Of a stretch of 57,097 nucleotides of DNA, positions 29,501 to 39,548 are shown piece after piece. Source of the DNA: a virus (taxonomy: Duplodnaviria; Caudoviricetes); IMG/VR virus record IMGVR_UViG_3300031977_001254, positions 1 to 57,097 of that record. One strand, written 5' to 3'. Both the position numbers and the translations under genes were made by a program. Below the pieces are notes generated by a model. It was not told the origin of the DNA. It did not search any database and saw nothing but the letters and a program-made list of their open reading frames with translations. Position 1 is the first letter of the stretch. Every line of letters begins with the position of its first letter.

Positions 29501-32500
29501 CGTTAGATATCTCAGGTATCCAAGCAAATGCCACCACATTGGCTGAACTTACTGCTCGAGTAGATCAAGATAGTGATTCTCTTAACGTATTAACCAGTGA
29601 TGTGGTACAATTATCAACAGAATTATCTGATCTTGATAGTAACACAGGTGCTTCTTTATTCGCATTATCTGATGCGGTATCAACTTTACAATCAAGTGTT
29701 TCACAAACAGATAGCTCTTTATCAATTGTTTCTTCAGAAGTAACTCAGTTAAGTGCTGATCTAGATGCAATTGACTTATCTGGAATTGCCTCAAACGCAA
29801 CTGCGATTCAGTCATTAACAACTAAGGTTCTACAAGATAGCGACCGTCTTACTTCTGTTGCTTCAGACGTGACTGAACTATCAGCTGAACTTGATGCGAT
29901 TGACCTATCTGGAATTACAGCAAATGCAACCGCAATAAGCTCATTAGAGACTTCGGTCCAAAGCACCGATAGTAGTTTAACTGCTCTTGCTTCAGATGTT
30001 ACTGCTATCTCGGCTGAACTTGATGGATTAGACTTATCTGGTATCGCTGCGAATGCTGATGCGTTAGAATCTTTAGATACTCGCGTAACATCTACTGAAG
30101 GAACTGTTACAAGTCAAGCAACCAAACTTGTTAACTTAGAAGCAGCAATTAACGCTGTTGACTTATCAGGTATTGATTCTAACTGGACTTCTATTACAGC
30201 AAACGCTGCTTCACTATCAGATTTAACATCTCGTGTTACTGCGACAGAGGGAAGTGTAACTTCTATATCTGAAGACGTAACTCAATTACAAACTGACTTA
30301 GCAAATGCTGATTCATCATTAGCAGTTACGCAGACAGCCCTTAATACATTAACCTCTCGTGTTGATTTAGATAGCGCAAGTTTAGTTTCTGTTCAATCCG
30401 ACATCACTTCACTCCAAGCAGACGTTACTGGACTGAATAGTTCAAAGGCTACAACAACGGCAGTTAATGCTTTAACCTCTCGTGTAACAGCTACTGAAGG
30501 TGATATTACTGCGGTACAAGGTGATGTTACAACCCTCGAATCTAGCGTAACCGCATTAGATGGAGCCAAAGCAAGTAATACGGCAGTGAACGCTTTAACA
30601 TCTCGTGTTACTGCTACTGAAGGTTCAATCACCTCTGCTCAATCGGACATTACTACATTACAGACCGACGTATCAAATGCTGAAGGAACATTAGCTACAC
30701 AAGGTACAGCGATTGCTGGATTACGTACAGATGTTGATGCTACTGATAGCGCTCTAAGTGTAGCTCAATCAGATATTACTACTCTTGAAACTTCGGTTAC
30801 TGGATTGAATAATTCTAAAGCTACCACAACTGCTGTCAATGCCCTGACTTCTCGTGTAACAGCTACTGAATCAGACATTACGGCGGTCCAAGGTGACATT
30901 ACTACGTTAGGGACTACTGTCGACGGCAAGGCGTCTACGACTGCCGTGAACGCTCTAACGACCCGTGTAACGGCTACTGAGGGCGAGATTAGTACAGTAC
31001 AGGGCGACTTAACATCTCTATCAACTACGGTTGATGGTAAAGCAAGTACAGCAGCACTCAGTAATCTAACAACTCGTGTTACTGCTACTGAAGGTTCAAT
31101 CACTTCTATCAATGAAGACATTGTTGATCTCGGTACTGATATTGATGGTAAGGCAAGTACAGGCGCATTGAGTGCGTTGACTGATCGTGTTGACGCTGAC
31201 AGCGATCGTCTAACAAGCACACAGTCTGACATTACTTCGCTTACTACCACTGTGAATGGTAAGGCATCTTCCTCTGCGGTAAGCGCATTAACAACTCGTA
31301 TGACTGCTGCTGAAGGTGAGATTGATACTGTTCAGTCAGATATCACCACGTTGACTAATAACGTAAATGGTAAAGCAAGCACAACTGCGTTGAATTCATT
31401 AACGACTCGTGTGACAGCTACTGAAGGTGATATTGAAGCTGTTCAAGAAGATGTTACACAACTAACAACTGACCTTGGTACTAAAGCTTCAACAACTGCC
31501 TTGAACACGTTATCAAATCGTGTAACTGAAACTGAAGGTGATATTACTGCGGTTCAGGGAGATATAACATCCCTGACTGCTACCGTCGGCACTAAAGCTT
31601 CAACCACAGCGTTGAATGCTTTACAACAACAAGTAACTTCGGAAGCTGGATTACTTGATACACTACAGACTGATGTTACTAACTTAACAAGTACTGTTGG
31701 CGGTAAGGCTTCAACAACTGCATTGAATACTCTGACGAACCGTGTAACGGCTACTGAGGGTGATATCTCTACGGTTCAATCTGACATCACTAGCTTAACA
31801 AGTACTGTTGGAACTAAAGCTTCAACTAGCGCATTAACATCCCTATCTAATACCGTAAATGATACTGAAACTGGTTTGTCTGCGGTTAATACTAAAGTCA
31901 CCAACTTGTCAACGACAGTTAGTGGTAAAGCAGATACTAGCGCATTAACTACTTTATCTAATACTGTGAATGATACTGAAACTGGATTATCCGCAGTTAA
32001 CACTAAATTGACCAATTTAAGTACAACGGTTGAAGGTAAAGCAACAACTGGAGCAGTAGAAACTTTATCTAATACCGTAAATGATACTGAAACTGGTTTG
32101 TCTGCGGTTAACACTAAACTGACAAGCTTAACTGCGACCGTCGGTACTAAAGCAGCAACTAGCGCATTAACAGCTCTATCTAATCAAATAAATGATAGCG
32201 AAACTGGACTTGAAGCTTTACAAGGTAGTATAACTTCTCTATCAGCTGACCTTGGCAATAAGGCTGAAGCTTCTGCTGTTACTGGGTTAACACAACGTGT
32301 AACTGCTACTGAAGGTAAACAGACCCAAGTAGAACAACGCCACTTTGTTAACTTAGATGCTAACGGACGTGTTGCTGGTACTGAATTATATAATGGAACT
32401 GGTGGTTCTGCGTTTAAAGTTGTAGCCGATAAATTCCAAATATTTAATGGAACTTCAGATGTTTCTCCGTTTACTGTAGCGAATGGTCAGATTAATATGA

Positions 32501-32631
32501 GCGGTGCTACGGTCACTGGCCAGCTAGATGTTAAGTCTGCTACGAGTGGTCAACGTATGGAAATTAACAACTCAACGATTACCATTTATGACGCGTCAGG
32601 AAACATTCGAGTAAAACTTGGAGATATCTAA
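26518..32631 (+). CDS. Giant coiled-coil tail fibre (2037 aa)
   Basis: N-terminal G..ANDGSGDTLR....KIN.NF.ELY attachment motif; about 1850 aa of heptad repeats; C-terminal beta domain (F.V.ADKF...PF.V, RVKLG). Confidence 0.8.
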   Translation: MARLILNTGIGANDGSGDTLRDATNKINANFTELYSLVSLGDGLTPEALSAMILDTVNEQLVNVDVENSPSVVTLGDRITQHDSILTQLQQEVSLLDSENTALDVILSDQAIQVASLSALLDLNEDALSEVAARITSLENTDVSVSDSDVQAAVAVAVAELNARLAADSDALTALANNFNLLSSQATQTDNEVESLAQQISVLGAALDAVDSDYILDATNTALSALTTRINQDSDSLTTLANQVTQLSTQLSNLDINGDALTATADLFNQVHSRIDLDSARLDVVSQDLTTLQSTLSTDIVDATAALQGTLTTQISDVDSDLAILAQDLVQLEADLQGDITSAVSTAELQLNTRIDQDSAALQAVSQQLIQLETDFQSLDISGQAIAATSSAVNNLQTQITATDSDVTALSQDLTELSSQLDTLDIAGEAVAATADAINNLQTQITASDSGIETVANDVTTLEASLTSTQNNLTSTSNALQSLETRVNQDSDRLTSESSRLTQLETVVQAIDSDFLLSGTAAARDELRTLIEQGDSAIALLAEDITTLEVALANAGLDSAFVSDLVASAEQTLNARIDATDSSLSAVSSDVTTLTADLAQLETDLSGLDLSGIDANATALNDLTARVDVTDSGLSSLASDVTSLSATVDGLDFSGISANATAIDALEVSVLETDSALTAVAQDVTQLAIDLNDLDGRAASATALNNLTTRVTSTESSIISNASDITTLQTQVDNIDVAGEAVAATADAITNLQTQITATDSDLSVVASDVTQLSADLSGIDLSGITANADAITSLTTRVDADSDSLSVVASDVTQLQADLGAIDLSGIAANATALESLETRVDQDSDSLSTVASRVTSLEATLAEGLDSDEILQAVGGALASLETRVDQDSDALVILSQDVTTLSGSLVDAQNDIVANTNAQNVLSNRITATDSDLIAVASDVTRLEADLGSIDLSGIQANATAIQGLSTTVQDNINGISTVSQSVTQLEAEFDALDISGIQANATTLAELTARVDQDSDSLNVLTSDVVQLSTELSDLDSNTGASLFALSDAVSTLQSSVSQTDSSLSIVSSEVTQLSADLDAIDLSGIASNATAIQSLTTKVLQDSDRLTSVASDVTELSAELDAIDLSGITANATAISSLETSVQSTDSSLTALASDVTAISAELDGLDLSGIAANADALESLDTRVTSTEGTVTSQATKLVNLEAAINAVDLSGIDSNWTSITANAASLSDLTSRVTATEGSVTSISEDVTQLQTDLANADSSLAVTQTALNTLTSRVDLDSASLVSVQSDITSLQADVTGLNSSKATTTAVNALTSRVTATEGDITAVQGDVTTLESSVTALDGAKASNTAVNALTSRVTATEGSITSAQSDITTLQTDVSNAEGTLATQGTAIAGLRTDVDATDSALSVAQSDITTLETSVTGLNNSKATTTAVNALTSRVTATESDITAVQGDITTLGTTVDGKASTTAVNALTTRVTATEGEISTVQGDLTSLSTTVDGKASTAALSNLTTRVTATEGSITSINEDIVDLGTDIDGKASTGALSALTDRVDADSDRLTSTQSDITSLTTTVNGKASSSAVSALTTRMTAAEGEIDTVQSDITTLTNNVNGKASTTALNSLTTRVTATEGDIEAVQEDVTQLTTDLGTKASTTALNTLSNRVTETEGDITAVQGDITSLTATVGTKASTTALNALQQQVTSEAGLLDTLQTDVTNLTSTVGGKASTTALNTLTNRVTATEGDISTVQSDITSLTSTVGTKASTSALTSLSNTVNDTETGLSAVNTKVTNLSTTVSGKADTSALTTLSNTVNDTETGLSAVNTKLTNLSTTVEGKATTGAVETLSNTVNDTETGLSAVNTKLTSLTATVGTKAATSALTALSNQINDSETGLEALQGSITSLSADLGNKAEASAVTGLTQRVTATEGKQTQVEQRHFVNLDANGRVAGTELYNGTGGSAFKVVADKFQIFNGTSDVSPFTVANGQINMSGATVTGQLDVKSATSGQRMEINNSTITIYDASGNIRVKLGDI
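30750..32330 (+). repeat. Degenerate ~36-39 aa coding repeats (KASTTALN.LT.RVTATEG.I..VQ.DIT.L)
   Basis: More than a dozen copies visible in the translation; boundaries approximate. Confidence 0.8.
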
Positions 32632-32640
32632 AAAAAATCG

Positions 32641-32648
32641 TATAAATA
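32641..32648 (+). promoter_or_regulatory. Late promoter
   Basis: TATAAATA upstream of gp8. Confidence 0.75.
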
Positions 32649-32677
32649 CCTTATATGATTTTTAACAGGATATTAAA

Positions 32678-34015
32678 ATGCCAGCTATAATTCGACAAAC
32701 AATGAGCAGGAACCTCGCAAGAGACCTGCTCAATGACGTCACAGATAATTCTAACAATAGTAACTATTATATCGGTATTGGTAAATCCGATGTATTCAAT
32801 GATGAAGATACAGTAATTGCACCAGTTGACAGTATTCTTGAAGAACAAGAATTCAGAAACAACCTTCAATCAATCAAGAAAGTAGAAGGTGCTACATTTG
32901 TAGCTAAACGTTACAACTGGTCATCTGGTTCTGTTTATTCTGGAACTAGCAATGCACTAGGATCATCTACTCCATATCCGTTCTATGTATTAAATGACGC
33001 AAAAGAAGTTTATATTTGCCTCGAGACAGGAACGACTGAGACTGGAGAAGTAAACGTTTCTACTATTGAACCAAACTATGGTACACTAGGCGTTGATCAT
33101 ACTATTCAGTTTAGAACTGGAGACGGATATGTCTGGAAATTCTTATTTTCACTAACTCCCGAAAACATCTATCAGCATTTATCGTCTAACTGGATTCCTG
33201 TTGACCTTCCGGAAGAATCACTAGCTGGCGGTGACTCTATCGAAGATCTACAATTTGAAGTTAAGTCGGCTGCTGTTGGCGGTCAAATAATTCGCAGTGA
33301 GATTATTAATCCTGGATCTAACTTCACCAACGCTCCTACAATAACAATAGAAGGTGATGGCGAAGGTGCTTCTGCGACTGCATATATTAATAATGGTTCT
33401 ATCTCTAAAATCGCAATGGATAGTTATGGCCATGGTTATTCATATGCAACAATTGTTGTAAATGGTGACGGTCAAGATGCTAAATTAAGAGCGGTTATTA
33501 CTGATTCTAATGGTATCGGATATGATCCAATTAATGATTTAAAAATAAGCTCCGTTATGTTTAACATTAAACCAAATGGCGAAGAAGGCGGTGAGTTCAT
33601 CGTTGAAAACTCTTTCCGTCAAATGGGTCTTATGAAGAATCCAAATACTCCGACAGGCATCCCATTTACTGCTTCGGTAGCGAAAGTATTACCAACGCTT
33701 GAACTTTCTTCAACTTCACCGTTTCAATCTGGTAAGACTATTACTGGAATGCAATCTGGTGCGGTCGCATATTTAAACCAGTCTGAAGATAATATATTAC
33801 ATTATCACCAAAATGAATCTACTGGGTTCTTACCTTTCCAAAATGGAGAAAGTATATCTCAAGAAGGTGTATCAACGATAGCAACCTTATCCCAGAAACA
33901 AGACAAGAATGGTATAGACCGTTTTTCAGGTGACGTGCTTTATATTGAGAATAGATATCGTATCAGAAGAGACGCTGAACAGCAAGAAGATATCAAAATA
34001 GTTATCACACTTTAG
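32678..34015 (+). CDS. gp8: Baseplate wedge subunit gp8
   Basis: R.NW.SG..Y, FYV.....VYICL, DGYVWKFL, SGD.LYIENR..I.R...Q.EDIKI. Confidence 0.85.
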   Translation: MPAIIRQTMSRNLARDLLNDVTDNSNNSNYYIGIGKSDVFNDEDTVIAPVDSILEEQEFRNNLQSIKKVEGATFVAKRYNWSSGSVYSGTSNALGSSTPYPFYVLNDAKEVYICLETGTTETGEVNVSTIEPNYGTLGVDHTIQFRTGDGYVWKFLFSLTPENIYQHLSSNWIPVDLPEESLAGGDSIEDLQFEVKSAAVGGQIIRSEIINPGSNFTNAPTITIEGDGEGASATAYINNGSISKIAMDSYGHGYSYATIVVNGDGQDAKLRAVITDSNGIGYDPINDLKISSVMFNIKPNGEEGGEFIVENSFRQMGLMKNPNTPTGIPFTASVAKVLPTLELSSTSPFQSGKTITGMQSGAVAYLNQSEDNILHYHQNESTGFLPFQNGESISQEGVSTIATLSQKQDKNGIDRFSGDVLYIENRYRIRRDAEQQEDIKIVITL

Positions 34016-34023
34016 GATACCCG

Positions 34024-37000
34024 ATGAGCAATTTTACTAATAAAACATTTAAAGAAACATATCGTGATTCCTTCGATAAAACAAACGGCTATCATCGTGT
34101 ATTATTTAATGCAGGTAAGGCGCTACAAGCAAGAGAACTAAATGAGCTACAATCTATCTTCCATGAAGAACTTGCTCAATTTGGTCGTAACATCTTTAAA
34201 GAAGGCGCTATGGTCCATGCTGGTGGTTCTATGGTGGATAATTCTAAAGAATATATCCGACTACAACCAAGCAGTTTAGTACCAGACAATATTGTAGGTC
34301 AAGAATATCAAAACAGTCAAGGGATTAAATTCTTAATTGAAGAGTATCATCAAGCAACTGATACTGCACCCCAAACTCTCATTGTAAAATATACAGATAC
34401 AACAGCTGTATCTGATGCGTCAGAAGCACCACGTGTGTCTGCTAATCAGACATTAACTCCTGTGGGCGCAACTACATTCCCATTAACTGTAGCAAGCGAT
34501 GACGCTATCCCTGCAGTTGGAACGGGTACACTTATCTCAATTAGTGAAGGTGTATTTTTCGTAGATGGTCACTTCGTACAAGTAGAACAACAGTCAATAT
34601 ACATTGACATGTATAATTCAAAACCAACTGTTGACTTTGGTTTTAAAATAGTAGAAACTATAGTTACAGAAAGTGAAGATGATGGCTTGTATGATAACCA
34701 AGGAGAATTTCCAAATACTGCTGCTCCAGGTGCTCATAGATTTAAAATTGAACTTACTCCAGCAACAAGAGATCAAGTTCCAGAAGAAGAAAACTTCGTA
34801 TTTGTTGCTCGCATAGTTAACGGTGTTATTACTCGCGAAGTTGAAAGTAACGATGCATATAACATTATTAATGACTTGCTCGCTACCCGCACAAAAGAAG
34901 AATCTGGCGATTACGTAGCAAAAGAATTTAAAACTGTTGTTAATGAAAAAGACGATAGTAATTTAGATTTAGAAGTAACCCCTGGAACTGCTTACGTTGA
35001 TGGATATCGACTAGACTTTGGTACTACAAATTTAGATTTAGAAAAGGCTCGTGATACAGACAGTCTAAACAACGATAGCGTAATTGCTCAATATGGCAAC
35101 TATGTTGTTATCGATGAAGCATTAAGCACAGGTCTTTCTGAATTATCAACATTCGGTGAAGTAAGTTTAGGTGGTTCAAGTACTGCTAATGTAAGAGCTA
35201 TTGAAAATGTTGGCGGAGAATATAGACTATATCTCTTCAATATTAATATGGAAGTGGGTTCAAGCTTCAGAGACGTTACTACTATTACAGGTTCTAATGG
35301 TTCTGTTACAGTTAAGTCTTCAGGATTGTTAGGTGGTATCGATAATACATTATTGTTCCCATTATCTAATCCACGCCCTCAAGCGATAACTGACACTAAC
35401 TATACAGCACAACGTACAATTGAAGCATCGTCAGACGCATCGGGTGAAGTATTTATCTCTGAGACTGTTGACGCATCATACAACCCAGTTATATTTGAGG
35501 TTGGTGTTGGTCCTGCTACTGGTTGGTCTGTCTCTTCTAATAAAATAACAGGGTTATCTCCTTCAACAGCATATATTATAACATATTACTTTGCTGTTCC
35601 TTCTCCTGCAGTAAGATCAAAAGGTATGGCAACCGTAACCGAGAGTGTAACTCTAGGCTCTGGTGCTGCCCCTATAGATGGTCCAAACTTTACCCAAGGC
35701 GAAACTATGTGGCGTGTAGAAAACTCTACAGGCGCTGCGAGCATTGTCTGGAACGGAGAATTAATAACATCTGCGAGTTCAGCAAGTGGAATCACTACAC
35801 TAAATGCTGAGGGTTATCAATACACTCGCGGAAGCGCACAAACTCCAACGTTTACTCAATCATTTGCCCCTACATTTACAAATACAACATATGTAAACTT
35901 TGTGGGGAATTACACTAGGGATTTAAGCTTTACTGCCAGCAGAACAAGTAGCTATACGGCTTCTTATGCTGGAGAAAGGGTTCAATACTTTACTCGCTTT
36001 GGTGGTAATCCTAGAGAACCTATTTTCATAATAACTTCATCTGTGGTTCCTGGAACATTTACTGGAACACCATCAACCCGTGCGTTCACAAGTGACTTCA
36101 CTCGTTCATCTTCATATACTAGATCCCGTGCAAGTTCATACACTGGAACGTATACCCAAGGTGGAGATACTGGTACCAACGGAAACTTTACATATTATGA
36201 AGTTTCTCGTCAAGCATTGGCAAGTAGTACTTCAGACGCTTCTGTAATTGAACTTGATTATGCCGATGGTATTGAATTACTTTCTGTTTTAGATGATAGT
36301 GGTACTAACGTTACAGCTTCATTTGAATTTGATGGTGGTCAACGTGATAACTTCTATGGACCAATTAAGCTGAGACTTAAATCTGGTCTTACAGCTCAAG
36401 CAGGTTCTACATATACGGTACAATTCTCTCACTTCTATCATGAAGAAGGAGATTATTTCAGCGTGGAATCATATCCACAAGACTATGGTTTAATCCCATC
36501 ATATAAGAATTCCGCAGGTAATACAATCGCATTAACAGACGTTCTTGATTTCCGTCCAGTGGTTTTACCTTCTGGTGTAGATACTAACAGCATTAATGTA
36601 CTACCTAAGAATAAAAGTATTATTAGTGTAGACGCTACTTACTATCTACCACGTATCGATACTCTTGTTGCTAATACGTTAGACGCTAAAGGCAGAATTG
36701 GTACTGGCCGACTACAACTAATTCAAGGTGAGTCTTCATTAGACCCACGTCCACCTCAAATTCCAACTGGTTCATTACCATTATTCCAGTTTGATTTGAA
36801 TCCTTACACTGTAGACAAGACGGACTTAACAGTTACTAAGATTCCACACAAGCGTTTCACTATGAAAGATATCGCTAAGTTGGAAGAACGTGTTGAAGAA
36901 CTGTATGAATTAACGACTCTTAGTTTACTTGAAGCTGATACAGCTTCTCTTATGGTATTGGATGAGAATGGCAATAACCGCACTAAGTCTGGTTTTATTG

Positions 37001-39345
37001 CAGACAACTTTAACAGCTTAAACTTCTGTGATCTCAGCAATCCTGATTATCGCGCTTCAGTTGAGCCTGTTAATGGCGAACTAATGCCATCATTTAGAGA
37101 GAACTCAATTCGCTTATCAATGCGTGCTAATTCAACTGCACGTAAACAAGGCGATGTTGCTATATTACCATATACTAACGATTTAATGGCTTCTCAGTTA
37201 TTGGCGACTGGTAAGATGAATGTTAACCCATTTGCGGTTATCACTCAAACTGGCCACATGACACTATCACCTGCTTCAGATGAGTGGGTTGAAGTTCGTA
37301 AACTTCCAGATATTATGCAAAGCAATATCCGTAGAGTACGTACTGACAACAGAGCAACAACTAGAGGTAAACGTATTCGCACTCGTGTAGTTGAAAGAAC
37401 TATCCAAGAATTCTTGGGCGAGCAAGTTGTAGATGTTGAAGTAGTACCATTTATGCGTTCACGTGAAGTATTCTTCCGTGTTGAAGGTCTACGTCCTAAC
37501 ACTAATATGTTTGCTTTCTTTGGTAACAAACCAGTACAAGATTGGGTTCGTCAAGAAATTCGATTCAAGCACTTCTCTGACAATCCTAAAGAATATGGAA
37601 GCGAGTTTGCTAATGCTACCAGCCACCCAAGTGGAAACACTGAATTGGTAACTGATGAAAATGGTATGCTAATTGGTTCTTTCTTCTTACCAAATACCCC
37701 TAGCTTGTCATTCCGTACTGGACAGCAAGAATTTAAACTACTTGATATTGTAGTGAATGACGATGAGAATGCTATTGCTTCTTCACGTGCTATGTATGAA
37801 TCTGTAGGTCGTATTGACTCAGTACAACGTACAATTCGCTCAACCCGTATCGTAGAAAGTATTACAGAAAGATATGACCCATTAGCTCAAACGTTCTTTG
37901 TTGATCAGATTGAGAATCCAAATGGATTGTATCTATCTAAAGTAAGAATCTTCATGGAAAGTAAAGATGATACTATTCCTTTACAAGTACAAATTCGTCC
38001 TGTAGAAAATGGTATTCCGACTACACGTTTGGTTCCAGGTTCTTCTAAGTTTATATCTCCTTCTCTCATCAACGTAACACCGATGACGGATCAGACTGAT
38101 ATTGCTGACATCAGAACACAAGGCGGTACTGATGTTCAATTTGATGAACCAGTTTACTTATCTCCAGGCGAAGAATATGCAGTAGTACTATTAGCAGAGT
38201 CTGTTAAGTATAACGCATATGTTGCTGAAACTTATGAATTCATTCTTGGTCCAAACCGACGCGAAGGACGTGTTAACAAGCAACCAACTCTTGGTTCTTT
38301 ATTCTTATCGCAGAATGGTTCTACTTGGACAGCAGACCAAACTAAAGACTTGATGTTTGAATTATATAACGCATCGTTCTCGACTTCTGCTAACGTGGTT
38401 TTATCTAATGTAGAAGTTCCTAAGATTACTCTTGGTAATGATCCTATTTCAGTTGAACGTAGTAGTGCTTTGGTTCATATCGCGCATCAAGGACATGGAT
38501 TTAACGCTAATGATGAAGTTGAAATCTCAGGCGTACAAGGTACAATTGGTGGGGTAAGCGCATCAAGTATTAACGGCAATCATATTATCGCAAGTGTTTC
38601 TTGGGATGGTTATACAATTAATGCTGGCACAGTCGCTACTTCATCTGTATTAGGTGGTGGTGATCAGGTTGTAGTTAATGAACAAATTATGATTGATGAG
38701 TTGATCCCTAACATCGCTAACATCATTCCAAATGGAACAAGCATTACTGCTACAGTCCGCCAGACTTCTGGCGCTTCTTATGGCGGTAATCGTAACAATC
38801 CATTGTATAATAACTCATATTCTTCGGTTGCGTCTAAGCAGGTATTCCTGAATGACTCTAACCTAAATGATAAGCCAACTATTGTTGCTTCTCCTGAAGA
38901 TATGGAATTTGTTGTAACGTTGTCAACAAATGATACTAAAGTATCTCCTTTGATTGACCTTCAACGAACTTCTGTAATGACTATAGAAAATGTTATAGAT
39001 ATGAATGATGCTGCTCAACATATCACAACTCCAGTAATCTTAGATGAAGCTGCTGAAGGACTTAAAATATTGTTCTCTGCGCACCGTCCAAGTGATGCTC
39101 AGTTTGATGTGTATGTTAAAACTGCCACAGACGATTCATCTTTAGAGATCGCTGATTGGGTTAAAGTTGATATTGAAGCTGAAGTTCCAAGCGATGAAAG
39201 TCGTGATGTTGTACGTGAATACTCATACAGCATAGAAACTCTAGACCAATTTAGCATATTCCAAACTAAGCTTGTTATGAAATCAACTAACTCAAGTAAA
39301 GTTCCTATTGTTACTGATTTCAGAACTATAGCGCTGGCGGTATAA
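34024..39345 (+). CDS. Large baseplate/virion structural protein (DUF4815/VrlC-like) with a Tyr/Thr/Arg hairpin insert
   Basis: Y.D.FD...YHRVLF..G.ALQARELN.LQS, APGAHR, R...ESGDY, YYLPRID, KSGF..DNF, DPLAQTF, GSLF.SQNGSTW. Confidence 0.85.
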   Translation: MSNFTNKTFKETYRDSFDKTNGYHRVLFNAGKALQARELNELQSIFHEELAQFGRNIFKEGAMVHAGGSMVDNSKEYIRLQPSSLVPDNIVGQEYQNSQGIKFLIEEYHQATDTAPQTLIVKYTDTTAVSDASEAPRVSANQTLTPVGATTFPLTVASDDAIPAVGTGTLISISEGVFFVDGHFVQVEQQSIYIDMYNSKPTVDFGFKIVETIVTESEDDGLYDNQGEFPNTAAPGAHRFKIELTPATRDQVPEEENFVFVARIVNGVITREVESNDAYNIINDLLATRTKEESGDYVAKEFKTVVNEKDDSNLDLEVTPGTAYVDGYRLDFGTTNLDLEKARDTDSLNNDSVIAQYGNYVVIDEALSTGLSELSTFGEVSLGGSSTANVRAIENVGGEYRLYLFNINMEVGSSFRDVTTITGSNGSVTVKSSGLLGGIDNTLLFPLSNPRPQAITDTNYTAQRTIEASSDASGEVFISETVDASYNPVIFEVGVGPATGWSVSSNKITGLSPSTAYIITYYFAVPSPAVRSKGMATVTESVTLGSGAAPIDGPNFTQGETMWRVENSTGAASIVWNGELITSASSASGITTLNAEGYQYTRGSAQTPTFTQSFAPTFTNTTYVNFVGNYTRDLSFTASRTSSYTASYAGERVQYFTRFGGNPREPIFIITSSVVPGTFTGTPSTRAFTSDFTRSSSYTRSRASSYTGTYTQGGDTGTNGNFTYYEVSRQALASSTSDASVIELDYADGIELLSVLDDSGTNVTASFEFDGGQRDNFYGPIKLRLKSGLTAQAGSTYTVQFSHFYHEEGDYFSVESYPQDYGLIPSYKNSAGNTIALTDVLDFRPVVLPSGVDTNSINVLPKNKSIISVDATYYLPRIDTLVANTLDAKGRIGTGRLQLIQGESSLDPRPPQIPTGSLPLFQFDLNPYTVDKTDLTVTKIPHKRFTMKDIAKLEERVEELYELTTLSLLEADTASLMVLDENGNNRTKSGFIADNFNSLNFCDLSNPDYRASVEPVNGELMPSFRENSIRLSMRANSTARKQGDVAILPYTNDLMASQLLATGKMNVNPFAVITQTGHMTLSPASDEWVEVRKLPDIMQSNIRRVRTDNRATTRGKRIRTRVVERTIQEFLGEQVVDVEVVPFMRSREVFFRVEGLRPNTNMFAFFGNKPVQDWVRQEIRFKHFSDNPKEYGSEFANATSHPSGNTELVTDENGMLIGSFFLPNTPSLSFRTGQQEFKLLDIVVNDDENAIASSRAMYESVGRIDSVQRTIRSTRIVESITERYDPLAQTFFVDQIENPNGLYLSKVRIFMESKDDTIPLQVQIRPVENGIPTTRLVPGSSKFISPSLINVTPMTDQTDIADIRTQGGTDVQFDEPVYLSPGEEYAVVLLAESVKYNAYVAETYEFILGPNRREGRVNKQPTLGSLFLSQNGSTWTADQTKDLMFELYNASFSTSANVVLSNVEVPKITLGNDPISVERSSALVHIAHQGHGFNANDEVEISGVQGTIGGVSASSINGNHIIASVSWDGYTINAGTVATSSVLGGGDQVVVNEQIMIDELIPNIANIIPNGTSITATVRQTSGASYGGNRNNPLYNNSYSSVASKQVFLNDSNLNDKPTIVASPEDMEFVVTLSTNDTKVSPLIDLQRTSVMTIENVIDMNDAAQHITTPVILDEAAEGLKILFSAHRPSDAQFDVYVKTATDDSSLEIADWVKVDIEAEVPSDESRDVVREYSYSIETLDQFSIFQTKLVMKSTNSSKVPIVTDFRTIALAV

Positions 39346-39346
39346 C

Positions 39347-39547
39347 ATGTTACAAAAAGTGAAAGGTCATACTAATTTAATGAGAGACAAAAGAACTGGC
39401 GCGATCCTTAATACCGATCGCGCTGGTATAGCCCAAGCAAAGGCACGTAAATTGGCAAGAATCCAAGAAGCGCAAAGATTAGATAAATTAGAGAAAGATG
39501 TAACCGATATAAAAGCATTACTCTCTCAAATAGCGGAGAAACTTTAG
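39347..39547 (+). CDS. Small conserved phage protein
   Basis: KV.GH..L.RD..TGAILN followed by a coiled coil. Confidence 0.7.
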   Translation: MLQKVKGHTNLMRDKRTGAILNTDRAGIAQAKARKLARIQEAQRLDKLEKDVTDIKALLSQIAEKL

Positions 39548-39548
39548 A

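Noticed and set aside
27375-32114. Antisense ORFs in the long coiled-coil fibre
   Set aside because: Expected shadow frames of repetitive coding DNA.
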